From Pseudomonadota bacterium (GTDB lineage Bacteria; Pseudomonadota; Alphaproteobacteria; Rhodospirillales; 2-02-FULL-58-16), in assembly GCA_022545455.1 (NCBI GenBank), contig JACZQZ010000003.1, forward strand, positions 1-52,570: 52,570 nt of DNA, read 5' to 3'. Under the pieces are notes generated by a model. That model was not told the DNA's origin and did not search any database. It was given only the letters and a program-made list of their open reading frames with translations. Made by a program: the position numbers and the translations under genes. Shown here in pieces: positions 9,236 through 19,570 of the stretch; the first letter of the stretch is position 1; each line of letters begins with the position of its first letter.

Positions 9236-10150
9236 TCAGCCCAGCCGGGTGCCCTTGGCGATGCCGGCGGCGGCGGCGAACTCGGACGCCGCGATCTTGC
9301 CTTCACCCTCGGCGCGCACCCGCTTGACGACAATCCCTCCGCCCCCGGCGGCGACCGTGAACCCGTCGCCGGCAACCTCCGTCACCTCGCCGGGGGAGCC
9401 GCCGCCACCGGCCACCTTCGCCGCGTCGTACAATTGCACCGTCCTGCCCGCGTGGGTGGTCCACGCCCCCGGCTGCGGGTCGGCGCCGCGGATCAGGTTA
9501 TGGACGTCGGCGACCGGCTTCTCCCAATCGATCCCGACGTCGTCCTTCCGGCACCAGCTTTCATAGGTGGCTGCGGAGTCGTCCTGGGCAACCTTCGGCG
9601 CGCCGCCGTCGCGGACCAGATCGACGGCTTCCAGCATGGCCTCCACCCCAAGCGGAAACAGCTTGTCGAAATAGATGCTGCCGAGGGTGTCGTCGCCGGC
9701 TATCTCCACCTCCTTCTGCAGCAGGATCGGGCCGGTGTCCAACCCGTCGTCGGGCCAGAAAATACTGAGGCCCGTCCTGGTCTCGCCGAAGATGATCGGC
9801 CAGTTGATGGAGCTCGGGCCCCGGTGGCGGGGCAGCAGCGACGGGTGGTACTGGATGGTGCCGTGGGTGGGGGCGTCGAGGACCGCTTCGGGGACCAGCA
9901 GGGTGACGAAGGCCATGACCGCGAGATCGGGGTTGAGGGCCTGGATCTGCTCGCGCACCTCGGGCGCCTTGAAGGACGGCGGCTGATGGACCGGCAGGTT
10001 GCGCGCCAGGGCGAACTCCTTCAACGGGTCGGGCTTGCGCCCCGGCTTGTCCGGCGCCGAGAACACGGCGACCACCTCTTCGCCCTTGTCCAGCAATGCC
10101 TCGAGGACGGCCTTTCCGAAGGCCTGTTGTCCGTTGACGATGATCCGCAT
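9236..10150 (-). CDS. Formyltransferase-family protein (Fmt-like; resembles the 10-formyl-THF dehydrogenase N-terminal domain)
   Basis: HPSLLPRHRG.SSINW, SIFWPDDGLDTGPILLQ, IRG.DP.PGAW. Confidence 0.85.
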   Translation of the reverse strand: MRIIVNGQQAFGKAVLEALLDKGEEVVAVFSAPDKPGRKPDPLKEFALARNLPVHQPPSFKAPEVREQIQALNPDLAVMAFVTLLVPEAVLDAPTHGTIQYHPSLLPRHRGPSSINWPIIFGETRTGLSIFWPDDGLDTGPILLQKEVEIAGDDTLGSIYFDKLFPLGVEAMLEAVDLVRDGGAPKVAQDDSAATYESWCRKDDVGIDWEKPVADVHNLIRGADPQPGAWTTHAGRTVQLYDAAKVAGGGGSPGEVTEVAGDGFTVAAGGGGIVVKRVRAEGEGKIAASEFAAAAGIAKGTRLG

Positions 10151-10237
10151 GATCCTCCCCTGCCCACAATCCTTCCTGAAAAAAACGTCTGAGCACCTTA
10201 ACAGAAATTTCGCGGCGCCGGACTCTTGAAACGCGGA

Positions 10238-12313
10238 TTACGACGCGCCCTTGATCACCGGTTCTACGGCCGCGAGGTCCTCGAGCGGGATATGGCAGGC
10301 GATGACGTGGCCCGCACCGGCGATCCGCTCGGGCGGGGTCTCGGTCTCGCAGACGGCGCCCAGCTTGCGTGGACACCGGGTGTGGAACGGGCACCCGGAC
10401 GGCGGGTCCAGGGCGCTGGGCACGGCGCCCTTGAGGACCACGCGCCTGTGGACGACACCCTTGTCGGCGATGGGCACCGCCCCCAGCAGCGCTTCGGTAT
10501 AGGGGTGGTAGGGGGGCGCGAAGACCTCGTCCGTCGAGCCCTGCTCCATGATCCGGCCCAGGTACATGACGACCACCCGGTGGGCGATGTAGCGCACGAC
10601 GCCGAGATCGTGGGTGACAAACAGCAGGGTCGTGCCGCGGGTGCGCTGGATGTCCGTCAACAGCTCCAGGATCGCCGCCTGGACCGAGACATCGAGGGCC
10701 GACAACGCCTCGTCGGCGACCACCATCGCCGGGTTGCCGGCGAAGGCGCGGGCGATGGCGACGCGCTGCTTCTCGCCTCCGGAAAGCTGGCGCGGCTTGA
10801 AGGCGGCCATTTCGCTTGGCAGCTTGACCAGGTCGAGAAGCCGCAACACGCGCCGGCGGATTCCCGCCTTGTCCGTCTCGACGCCGAGGGTCTTGACCGC
10901 CCGGCCGATCTGGGCGCCGACGCTGAGGCTCGGATTGAGGGTGCCGTCGGGGTCCTGGAAGACCATCTGCAGGGCGCGAAGCTGCCGCCGGGTGCGCTTG
11001 TCCACGGCCACGCGGCCGACGTCCGCGCCGTCGAAGCGCACCCGGCCGCTGGTCGCCGCTTCCAGGCCCATCAACACCTTGGCGAAGGTCGACTTGCCGC
11101 ACCCCGTTTCGCCGACGATGGCCACGGTCTCGCCGCGCCGCGCCGAAAACGTGAGGCCGTCGTTGGCCCTCAGCCGGCGCCCGCCGGCGCCCGGCACGAG
11201 CGCCCCGAGGGCGCGGTCATGGACGACGTAGTCCTTGCCCATCCCCTCCACCCGCAGGATCTCTTCGCCCGGCGTGGCCAGGGGCGCCGCCTGCCGGGCC
11301 CGTTCGCCGGCGCCCGCATCGCGCCATCGCAGACAGCGGACATGGTGTCCGGGGCCGGCGTCGGGCACCTTCTCCATGGGCACCTCGGCCCGGTTGCACA
11401 GCCCGTCCACGAAGTGGCCGCAGCGGGGCGCGAAGGTGCACCCCCTGGGCCGCTGGCGGGGCGGCGGAGGCTGGCCGGGGATGGGGATCGGGGGCCTGGC
11501 GGCGCGGCCGGCGGTGGGCAGGGTCATGCAGCCGAAAAGGCCACGGGTGTACGGGTGGCGCGGCGCGGCGAAGACCTGGGCGACGCCGCCGTCTTCCACC
11601 GCCTGGCCGGCGTACATGATCACGACGCGGTCGCAGACCTGGCGGATCAGTCCCAGGTTGTGGGAAATGAAGAGCAGCGCCGTTCCGTATGTCCGGCGTA
11701 TCTCCGCGATCAGCTCGACGATGCCCGCCTCGATGGTGGCGTCGAGCGCCGTGGTCGGCTCGTCCAGCAGAAGAAGCGACGGATTCGACAGAAGCGCCAT
11801 GGAGATCACCACCCGCTGCTGCTGGCCGCCGGAAAGTTGATGGGGATACGCGGCCATGATCCGTTCCGGGTCGGCCAGGTGCACGTCGGCGAGCATGCGC
11901 ACCGCCCGTTCCCGGGCCTCGGGCCCGGTGACGCGCCCGTGGATCATCGGCACCTCCATGAGCTGGGCGCCGACGGTGAGGCTGGGATTGAGGGCGGACG
12001 AGGGCTCCTGGTAGACCATGGCGATTTCCGAGCCGCGGATGCGGCGCAACTCTTCGGCGCCGAGGGCGCCCATGTCCCGACCCTGGAACCTGACGGCGCC
12101 GCCGGTGCGCCTGCAATCGCGGCCCAGATACCCCATGACGCCCAGGGCCAGGGTCGTTTTGCCGCACCCCGATTCGCCGGCAAGGCCGACGGCTTCCCCC
12201 GCCCGCACGGTGAGGGATACGCCGCGCACGGCCGGGTTCTCGCCGGCCCGCGTGACGTAGGTCAGGCTGAGGCCGTCGATCTCGAGCAGGGGCGGGTCCT
12301 TCGCGTCCACCAC
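10238..12313 (-). CDS. Peptide/nickel ABC transporter, fused double ATP-binding protein
   Basis: Two Walker A motifs ([16 protein letters not shown]), two LSGG signatures, HPYT and Cys-rich C-terminal tails. Confidence 0.95.
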   Translation of the reverse strand: MVDAKDPPLLEIDGLSLTYVTRAGENPAVRGVSLTVRAGEAVGLAGESGCGKTTLALGVMGYLGRDCRRTGGAVRFQGRDMGALGAEELRRIRGSEIAMVYQEPSSALNPSLTVGAQLMEVPMIHGRVTGPEARERAVRMLADVHLADPERIMAAYPHQLSGGQQQRVVISMALLSNPSLLLLDEPTTALDATIEAGIVELIAEIRRTYGTALLFISHNLGLIRQVCDRVVIMYAGQAVEDGGVAQVFAAPRHPYTRGLFGCMTLPTAGRAARPPIPIPGQPPPPRQRPRGCTFAPRCGHFVDGLCNRAEVPMEKVPDAGPGHHVRCLRWRDAGAGERARQAAPLATPGEEILRVEGMGKDYVVHDRALGALVPGAGGRRLRANDGLTFSARRGETVAIVGETGCGKSTFAKVLMGLEAATSGRVRFDGADVGRVAVDKRTRRQLRALQMVFQDPDGTLNPSLSVGAQIGRAVKTLGVETDKAGIRRRVLRLLDLVKLPSEMAAFKPRQLSGGEKQRVAIARAFAGNPAMVVADEALSALDVSVQAAILELLTDIQRTRGTTLLFVTHDLGVVRYIAHRVVVMYLGRIMEQGSTDEVFAPPYHPYTEALLGAVPIADKGVVHRRVVLKGAVPSALDPPSGCPFHTRCPRKLGAVCETETPPERIAGAGHVIACHIPLEDLAAVEPVIKGAS

Positions 12314-12316
12314 CGG

Positions 12317-13201
12317 TCAGTCCCGGAGCGAGATTTCGCGCAGCCCGTCGGCGAGCAGGTTGAAGCCCAGGACCAGCGACGAAATGGCGATGCACGGGAA
12401 TACGGTCATGTGGGGAAAGGCCATGGCAACCCCGCGCGCCTGGTTGATCATGCTTCCCCAATCCGCATCCGGCGGCGGCAGGCCGAGGCCGAGAAAGCCG
12501 AGCACCCCGATGGTGATGGTCACGTAGCCGAGACGCAGGCAGGCATCGACGATCAGGGGTCCGCGGGCATTGGGCAGAATCTCCACGGCCATGATGTACC
12601 ACGCCGGCTCGCCGCGAAGCCGCGCCGCGGCGACGAAGTCCCGGCTGCCGATCTCGAGGGTCAGGCCGCGCACGATGCGCATCACGCCCGGGGCGCCGGC
12701 AACCGTGATGGCGATGACGATATTGACCCCCGAGGCGCCGACGGTGGCGATCACGATGATGTAGAGCACGAGGACCGGAAACGAGAGCAACACGTCGCCG
12801 AGGCGCGACAGCACCTCGTCCACCCAGCCGCGCTTGTACCCCGCCGCCAGGCCCATGAGGATTCCCAGGACATAGGCCGAGAAGGTGGCCAGCGGCGCGT
12901 AGACGAGGACCGTGCGCGTGCCCCAGATGATGCGCGAAAGGATGTCGCGCCCGATCATGTCGGCGCCCAGCCAGAAGGTGCCGCCGCCGACGTGGCCGGC
13001 GCCCGGCCTGGCGTAGGGATGATAGGTGGCGTTGGGCTCGAACGGCGCGATCAGCGGCGCCAGCACCGCGACCAGCACCCAAAAGAGGACGATGCCGGCG
13101 CCGATCATGCCGACCGGGCTTTCCCGCAAAAGGGCGACGCGGCGAACGGCGCGCCTGAAGGCGCTGTCGCGGGCGGGCGCGGACGGCAGGCGCTGGTTCA
13201 T
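12317..13201 (-). CDS. Peptide ABC transporter permease (DppC-like)
   Basis: LGAD..GRDILSR, LPNARGP, LGFLGLG.PP..DWG, FNLLADGLR. Confidence 0.93.
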   Translation of the reverse strand: MNQRLPSAPARDSAFRRAVRRVALLRESPVGMIGAGIVLFWVLVAVLAPLIAPFEPNATYHPYARPGAGHVGGGTFWLGADMIGRDILSRIIWGTRTVLVYAPLATFSAYVLGILMGLAAGYKRGWVDEVLSRLGDVLLSFPVLVLYIIVIATVGASGVNIVIAITVAGAPGVMRIVRGLTLEIGSRDFVAAARLRGEPAWYIMAVEILPNARGPLIVDACLRLGYVTITIGVLGFLGLGLPPPDADWGSMINQARGVAMAFPHMTVFPCIAISSLVLGFNLLADGLREISLRD

Positions 13202-13213
13202 CGCCGGCGTCCC

Positions 13214-14146
13214 TCAGCCGAACCGGATCTTGGGATTGAGAAAGGCATACCCCACATCGGCGATGGTCTGGGTGGCCACGGCGACGAACACGGCGACCAT
13301 GGCGCAGGCCTCGATGACGAAGATATCCTGATTGAGCGACGCCTCCAGCAACAGCGCGCCGAAGCCCTTGTAAGCGAAAAAGAACTCGACGACGATGACG
13401 CCCGAAAGCAGCCAGTTGATCTGCAGCATGATCACCGTGAACGGCGCGATCAGGGCGTTGCGCAAGGCGTGGCGCACGATCACCCGGCCATAGGGCAGAC
13501 CCTTGAGGACGGCGGTGCGGATATAGGGCGTGGTCATCACGTCGGCCATGGAGGCGCGCGTCATGCGCGCCACGTAGCCCATGTCGTAGATCACCAGCAC
13601 CAGCACCGGCAGGATCAGCTCCTTGAACGAAAAGCCTTCCGCCATGCCGCTGGTCCCGGGCAGCCATTTAAGCCAGAAGACGAAGACGGCGGACAGAAAC
13701 ACGGCGCTGGCGAATTCGGGCACCGAGGTGGTGACGATGCTGGTCACCGAGATGGCCCGGTCCAGCCGCGAGCCCTCGCGCATGCCGGCCGCCACCCCGA
13801 GGACCAGGGAAACGGGGATCATGACGGCGAAGGTGACCAGGCCCAGGATGGCGGTGTTGGCGAGCCTTGGCCACAGGATCTCCGATACCGGCACCTTGAA
13901 GCGCAGGGAATCGCCGAAATCGCCGTTGACGAAGTTCCACAGCCAGTTTCCGTACCGCACCCAAAGGGGCTGGAAATAGCCGTGGGCTTCCAGCCACAGG
14001 GTGCGCTGCTCGTCGGTGGAATAGGGCCCCAGCACCTTGGTGGCGACGCTGCCCGGGGAAATCTCGAGAAGCAGGAACACCAGCACCGACACGGCGAACA
14101 TGGTGATCGCCATGGTGCCGAGCCGTCTTAATACGAATACTGCCAT
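13214..14146 (-). CDS. Peptide ABC transporter permease (DppB-like)
   Basis: GDFG.S, RMTRASM..V....YIRTA.LKGL....VI.RHALRNA, LNPKIR. Confidence 0.93.
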   Translation of the reverse strand: MAVFVLRRLGTMAITMFAVSVLVFLLLEISPGSVATKVLGPYSTDEQRTLWLEAHGYFQPLWVRYGNWLWNFVNGDFGDSLRFKVPVSEILWPRLANTAILGLVTFAVMIPVSLVLGVAAGMREGSRLDRAISVTSIVTTSVPEFASAVFLSAVFVFWLKWLPGTSGMAEGFSFKELILPVLVLVIYDMGYVARMTRASMADVMTTPYIRTAVLKGLPYGRVIVRHALRNALIAPFTVIMLQINWLLSGVIVVEFFFAYKGFGALLLEASLNQDIFVIEACAMVAVFVAVATQTIADVGYAFLNPKIRFG

Positions 14147-14266
14147 TCGCCGCTCGCTCCACCCCGCCGGCCCGGGAACGCACCGGCCCCGTTGCCGGGC
14201 CCCGTCCGCGCCGGTGCTAGGGAAACACCGCCACGGCGTGCCGTCGGCCGCCGTCCGCAGAAGCCG

Positions 14267-15970
14267 TCACGCGATCCACACGGCGTTCAACTGGTGATAG
14301 ATGGTCGGGTGCAACGTGTACCCCTGCACCTTCCTGTGGCCGGCGGCGAAGACCGACCGCCACAGCGGCTGGGCGATCACCGCGTCGTCCTGCAAAATCT
14401 TTTGCAACCTGGCCATGGTGGTGCGGCGCTCGTTCACGTCCAGCATCCCGCTGGCGCTGTCGAGCAGCCGGTCGAACTCCGGGTTGCTGTAATGGGTCTC
14501 GTTCCACGGCACGCCCGAGCGGTAGGCCAGGTTCAACACCATGACGCCAAGCGGGCGGTGGGTCCAGGCGGTGAAGCCGAACACCGTCTTGTCCCAGATG
14601 TCCTGGTACTGGGCGTTGGGCATGACGTTGATGCGGAGGCGAATGCCGGCCGGCTTGCACATCTCGGCCATCGCCTGGGCGACCGCCAACTCCCACGGGG
14701 GGTCCTTCCGGCAATCGATGCTGAGGTCCAGGCCCTGCCCATGGCCCGCCTGGGCGAGCAGGTGCCGGGCCCGCGCATAGTCCTGTTTCGGCAACGGCAT
14801 CGGCGCGTATTCGGGATGGACGGGCGCCACGTGGTGGTCCTGGGCGGGTGCCCCCCTGCCCCGGTGGGCGAGATCGAGAAGCCGCTGATGATCCTGGCAC
14901 AGGCGCACGGCCGTGCGCACGCGCACGTCATCGAAGGGTTTCTTGTCCACCTGCATGCGGGCGACGCCGGTCTGCGCGGTGACCGCCTCGAACAGCCGGG
15001 CATGGGGGATGGCCTCGACCACGTCGATCTGCCCGACGGCCGTCTCGTGCACCAGGTCCACCTGGCCCGAAGCCAGCGCCGCCAGTCCGGTGGCCGCTTC
15101 GTCGCCGTGGTCGATATAGGTGACGGAATCCAGATGGGCCTCGTCCCCCCAGTAGTCCCTGCGCCGCGCCAGCACCGCCTTTTCGCCGACCGCGAACCCC
15201 TTCAACAGGAACGGACCGGTCCCCACGGGGTTCCTGGCCAGGTCGCCGCCGTCGTCTTCGAAGCGGCGATGCACGATGGCGGTCGGATAGTTATAGAGGT
15301 TCTCCGGAATCGCCAGCTCCGGACGGTTCAGGTGCAAACGCACCGTGTACTGGTCGATCTTCTCGACGGCGCCCGCGGTCATGGTTCTGGAGAGGATCGG
15401 CGTGCCGTCCCTGGTCCTCTTGCCGGTGTCCGTCCCGGTGACCATGGAGGCGAACAGGCCCTGGTTGGAGGAGCCGGTCCGGGGATCGAGCCAGCGGGTG
15501 AAATTGTAGACCACGTCGTCGGCGTTGAACTCATCCCCGTTGGACCACTTCACGCCGCGGCGCAGCCCGAGCGTCCAGGTCCTGAGGTCATCGGACGCGC
15601 TCCAGCGCCAGCACAGATGGGGCCGGGTGATGTTGTCGGGCCCGGTGACGAACAGGTATTCCACCATCTGCCGGGCGACGTTGGACTTCTCCGTCCAATC
15701 GAAGGTCGCCGGGTCGGTCATTTCCTGCACGCGCATGGAGATGCGCAGGTTCCCGCCCTTCTTCGGGGCCGGGGCCGGGGCCTGGGCCTGGGCCGTGGAG
15801 ACCAGGGACTCGCCGGTGATCCTGGCCGCCGCGGCATAGGCCGCCGCCGCCGACATCCCGAGCAGGGTCACGGTGCGCAGGAACCCGCGCCTGTCGACGA
15901 CACCCGTGCGCAACTGCTCTTCCAGCTCCGGAACATATGGGTGCGCCGGCCGTGGACGCTCGCGTGCCAT
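14267..15970 (-). CDS. Peptide ABC transporter substrate-binding protein (family 5), Tat-exported
   Basis: RRGFL twin-arginine motif, [30 protein letters not shown]. Confidence 0.92.
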   Translation of the reverse strand: MARERPRPAHPYVPELEEQLRTGVVDRRGFLRTVTLLGMSAAAAYAAAARITGESLVSTAQAQAPAPAPKKGGNLRISMRVQEMTDPATFDWTEKSNVARQMVEYLFVTGPDNITRPHLCWRWSASDDLRTWTLGLRRGVKWSNGDEFNADDVVYNFTRWLDPRTGSSNQGLFASMVTGTDTGKRTRDGTPILSRTMTAGAVEKIDQYTVRLHLNRPELAIPENLYNYPTAIVHRRFEDDGGDLARNPVGTGPFLLKGFAVGEKAVLARRRDYWGDEAHLDSVTYIDHGDEAATGLAALASGQVDLVHETAVGQIDVVEAIPHARLFEAVTAQTGVARMQVDKKPFDDVRVRTAVRLCQDHQRLLDLAHRGRGAPAQDHHVAPVHPEYAPMPLPKQDYARARHLLAQAGHGQGLDLSIDCRKDPPWELAVAQAMAEMCKPAGIRLRINVMPNAQYQDIWDKTVFGFTAWTHRPLGVMVLNLAYRSGVPWNETHYSNPEFDRLLDSASGMLDVNERRTTMARLQKILQDDAVIAQPLWRSVFAAGHRKVQGYTLHPTIYHQLNAVWIA

Positions 15971-16160
15971 GGGGGGTTCCTCCCTGCGCGCGTGGTTTTG
16001 GCGCGTCCAGTCTATTGGAAAAAGGCCGTCGGCGGTATCCCGACCGCGATTCTCCGTCCGGCGGCGGCCCCGGAATCGGCGTGGGCGTTGGCGAAATTCT
16101 ATGCCATGGTGCGCCGGCGGTCATCCCCGCGGCAATGGAAAGACACAGGACTTAACGGCA

Positions 16161-17480
16161 ATGGCGGCGGAAAACTGGAACCGCCGGGTGTGGCGGCTGG
16201 CCGGACCCATCATCCTGGCCAACGTTTCGGTGCCCCTGCTGGGCGCCGTCGATACGGCCGTCGTCGGCCACCTGCCGGGTCCCCAGTCCATCGGCGCCGT
16301 CGCCGTGGCGGCGCTGATCTTCAATTTCATTTACTTCGGCTTCAACTTCCTGCGCATGGGAACGACGGGCCTGACCGCCCAGGCGCTGGGCGCGGGCGAC
16401 GCCGAAGAGGTGCGCGCGTCGCTTGCCCGGGCGCTGCTCGTGGCGGCGGCGCTGGGCGCCGGGCTGGTGGCGTTGCAGGGACCCGTGGCGTGGGCCGCGT
16501 TCGGGCTGATCGACGCCAGCGCCGGCGTCTCGCCCCTGGCCGAATCCTATTTTTCCATCCGCATCTGGTCGGCGCCCGCGGTGCTCGCCAACTTCGCCAT
16601 TCTCGGCTGGTTCATCGGCGTCCAGAACACCCGCGCCGCGCTGTTCCTTCAGGTGGCCATGAACGGCGCCAACATGGCGCTCGATCTGTGGTTCGTATTC
16701 GGCCTGGGCCTCGGGGTCGCCGGCGTGGCGTGGGCGACCCTGATATCCGAGGTGGGGGCATTGGCCCTCGGCCTGGTGCTGGTGCGGCGCACCGTGCGCA
16801 CCGTGGGAGGCCGCTGGCGTCTGGACCGCGCCGTCGACGGCGCGCGGCTGAAGCGCATGGTGGCGGTCAACCGGGACATTTTCATCCGGTCCCTGTGCCT
16901 GCAGGCGGCCTTTTTCCTGTTTACCGCCATGGCCGCGCGCATGGGAGACGTGGTGCTGGCCGCCAATGCGGTGCTGCTCATCTTCCAGAGCCTGCTGTCC
17001 TACGGACTCGACGGCTTCGCCCACGCGGCCGAGGCCCTCACCGGGGGCGCCGTCGGGGCCGGGGACCGCGCGCGGTTCCGGGGCGCGGTCAGGGCCACGA
17101 GCCGGTGGGCGCTGGTCTTTGCCGGGGGCTATGCGGTGCTGTATGGGGCCCTCGGCCCGGTGCTGATCGACGTCATCACCGACGTGTCCGAGGTGCGCGT
17201 CACCGCCCGCGCCTATCTTCCCTGGGTCGTCCTGTCCCCCCTCGTTTCCGTGTGGAGCTTCCAGTTGGACGGCATCTTCATCGGCGCCACGCGGACGGCC
17301 GAGATGCGCAATGCCATGGCCGTTTCCCTGGCCCTCTACGTCGCCGCCGTCTGGGCGTTGATGCCGGTGATGGGAAACCACGGCCTGTGGCTGGCGTTCA
17401 TGGTGCTGATGGCAGCGCGGGCGGCGACCCTGGCGCTCCTTTATCCGCGGCTGGAGCGCGCCGTCGGCGGCGCCCCCTGA
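16161..17480 (+). CDS. dinF: MATE efflux transporter, DinF-like
   Basis: LAGPIILANVSVPLLGAVDTAVVGHL, FLRMGTTGLTAQ, LDGFAHAAE, LDGIFIGAT; ATG at 16161. Confidence 0.9.
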   Translation: MAAENWNRRVWRLAGPIILANVSVPLLGAVDTAVVGHLPGPQSIGAVAVAALIFNFIYFGFNFLRMGTTGLTAQALGAGDAEEVRASLARALLVAAALGAGLVALQGPVAWAAFGLIDASAGVSPLAESYFSIRIWSAPAVLANFAILGWFIGVQNTRAALFLQVAMNGANMALDLWFVFGLGLGVAGVAWATLISEVGALALGLVLVRRTVRTVGGRWRLDRAVDGARLKRMVAVNRDIFIRSLCLQAAFFLFTAMAARMGDVVLAANAVLLIFQSLLSYGLDGFAHAAEALTGGAVGAGDRARFRGAVRATSRWALVFAGGYAVLYGALGPVLIDVITDVSEVRVTARAYLPWVVLSPLVSVWSFQLDGIFIGATRTAEMRNAMAVSLALYVAAVWALMPVMGNHGLWLAFMVLMAARAATLALLYPRLERAVGGAP

Positions 17481-17489
17481 GGCGGACGC

Positions 17490-17759
17490 CCAGTACCCTC
17501 TATCACAATAGGATGGTACGTGTGATCGTCTTTTCGCGTCTTTTGGGCAGGAAGCGTCGCGCTGGCGATGCGAGGCATCGTCAAGCGGCGCTGACGTCCC
17601 CAAAAGGCGCGAAAAGCGACCCTTCGGGCGGCCATGGGCGGCCATCGGACGTCGTCACGCGGCTCTCGTGATGCGCCGCATCACTTCGAACCACGCTCCT
17701 AGCCGAATGGCCGCCCATGGCCGTCACACGTGTCATCCTATTGTGATAGAGGGTACAAG
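17490..17759 (-). repeat. 270-bp four-way-junction element (reverse orientation)
   Basis: 36-bp TIRs ccagtaccctctatcacaataggatggtacgtgtga / tcacacgtgtcatcctattgtgatagagggtacaag; central cccttcggg; gggcagg and ctcctagccg motifs. Confidence 0.92.
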
Positions 17760-17799
17760 GGGGTTTTCCTTCCGCCGCGATGGCGTTTATGGTTACCCC

Positions 17800-18396
17800 A
17801 TGTCACGGCGAAGGAACGCCCTTGTATCCGCGTGCGCCGCGACCGTTATCGCCGTCTTCACGGCGACCGCGGTCGTGCCCCCCGCCTTCGCCGACCCGCC
17901 GCCCTGGGCTCCGGCCCACGGCTACCGGGCCAAGAAGGGCAAGAAGTTCAAGAAATACAAGCACGCTCTCCCACCCAGCACCTTCGGCATCGACCTTGGC
18001 CAGTGCAACCGGGACCTGCTGGGCGGGGCGCTCGGCGCCGCCGCCGGCGCCGCCCTCGGGACCCAGGTTGGAAAAGGGAGCGGCAAGACGGCGGCGATCG
18101 TCGGCGGCGCCATCCTTGGCGCGCTTGTCGGCGGCAGCCTGGGCCGGGCCATGGACCAGGTCGACCAGAACTGCGTCGGCCAGGCCCTGGAGCGCGCCGA
18201 AGACGGACAAACCATCGTCTGGAACAATCCCCAAACGGGCACCCGCTACCAACTGACGCCGACAAAAATCTACAAGGACAGGCAAAACCGCTACTGCCGC
18301 GAATACATCACCAGGGGCACCATCGACGGCAAGGAGCAACAGCTCTACGGCAAGGCGTGCCGGCAGCCCGACGGCAGTTGGGAGCTCGTCCAATAA
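17800..18396 (+). CDS. 17-kDa surface antigen (RT0821/Lpp0805 family) with glycine zipper
   Basis: Signal peptide, DPPPWAPAHGYR, glycine zipper, WNNP.TG, YCREY...IDG.....YG.ACRQPDGSW. Confidence 0.88.
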   Translation: MSRRRNALVSACAATVIAVFTATAVVPPAFADPPPWAPAHGYRAKKGKKFKKYKHALPPSTFGIDLGQCNRDLLGGALGAAAGAALGTQVGKGSGKTAAIVGGAILGALVGGSLGRAMDQVDQNCVGQALERAEDGQTIVWNNPQTGTRYQLTPTKIYKDRQNRYCREYITRGTIDGKEQQLYGKACRQPDGSWELVQ

Positions 18397-18663
18397 CGCC
18401 CGCATAGACCCCGGCAAGCGGGGCGGCGCCGGCTTGGCCGGTCCCGGGAGGCGCCGCCCTCAGGCGACCGCCAAGCGGACGCGGCCCGCGGATCCGGGCA
18501 TTACCCACCGAATATCCACCGAAATCTATCCGTTCGTATAGGTGTCCTATGCCAGTGGATAATTTTCCTGCCGTGCCGAACGGCGTGACAATACGGAAAA
18601 TTGCGGACACCCGCCGGGTGATCCGTATTTCGGAATTCCGTCGTTCGAAGAGGAAGATCCCCC

Positions 18664-19548
18664 ATGACCGCGTCATTCCATGGTTTGTCCGTCCCACCCG
18701 AGCAAAGCCTGTCCCATTACCTTAAGGAAATCCGCAAATTCCCCATGCTGCACGCCGACGAGGAGTTGAGACTCGCCCGGCGCTGGACCAGGTACGAAGA
18801 CACCAAGTCGGCCAACAAGCTGGTGAACAGCCACCTGCGCCTGGTGGCCAAGATCGCCATGGGGTACCGGGGATACGGCCTGCCCTTGGGGGAGCTCATA
18901 TCGGAAGGCAACGTGGGCCTGATGCAGGCGGTCAAGCGGTTCGATCCCGAACGCGGGTTCCGCTTTTCCACCTACGCCATGTGGTGGATCCGCGCCGCCA
19001 TCCAGGAATATATCCTGCACTCGTGGTCGCTGGTGAAGATGGGGACGACGGCGGCGCAGAAGAAGTTGTTTTTCAACCTGCGCAAGCTCAAGAACCGAAT
19101 CCAGATCATCGAGGACGGCGAACTGGCTCCCGAGCACGTGACCAGTTTCGCCAAGCACCTGAAGGTGTCGGAAGACGAGGTGATCAGCATGAACCGCCGC
19201 CTGTTGAAACCCGATCACTCCCTCAACACCCCCGTGTACGATGACGGCGAACGGGAATGGCTGGAGGAGCTGGTGGACGAATGCGACGACCACGAAACCG
19301 TGCTCGCCGAACGTCAGGAGCTTGGCGACCGGCGCCGGCTTCTGGCGCGGGCGATGAAAACCCTGAACGACCGCGAGCGCAATATCCTCACCGAGCGCCG
19401 CCTCAAGGAAAAACGCACCACGCTGGAAGGCTTGAGCCGGACGCACAGCATCTCGCGCGAACGGGTGCGCCAGATCGAGATGCGCGCCTTCGACAAGGTG
19501 CAGAAGTCCGTGCGCAACGCCTCCCTCCAGCAACGGCTGCCCGCGTGA
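18664..19548 (+). CDS. rpoH: RNA polymerase sigma-32 factor
   Basis: HLRLVAKIAMGYRGYGLP, YAMWWIRA.IQEYIL.SWSLVK, RpoH box QKKLFFNLR, ISRERVRQIE. Confidence 0.95.
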   Translation: MTASFHGLSVPPEQSLSHYLKEIRKFPMLHADEELRLARRWTRYEDTKSANKLVNSHLRLVAKIAMGYRGYGLPLGELISEGNVGLMQAVKRFDPERGFRFSTYAMWWIRAAIQEYILHSWSLVKMGTTAAQKKLFFNLRKLKNRIQIIEDGELAPEHVTSFAKHLKVSEDEVISMNRRLLKPDHSLNTPVYDDGEREWLEELVDECDDHETVLAERQELGDRRRLLARAMKTLNDRERNILTERRLKEKRTTLEGLSRTHSISRERVRQIEMRAFDKVQKSVRNASLQQRLPA

Positions 19549-19570
19549 GCGCACCGGCCGGCCCCACACC

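Noticed and set aside
10226-17671. Very long ORFs 10226-14131 (1301 aa) and 14192-17671 (1159 aa), plus similar ones at 45460-47658 and 49997-52114
   Set aside because: Antisense or alternate-frame shadows of well-supported genes in high-GC DNA; no motifs of their own except the thrB-like fragment at the chimeric end
17668-17799. N-terminal extension of the 17-kDa antigen ORF (and likewise of the LOG ORF to 3635)
   Set aside because: The extensions run into the 270-bp elements; the signal peptide and family motifs begin at the downstream ATGs
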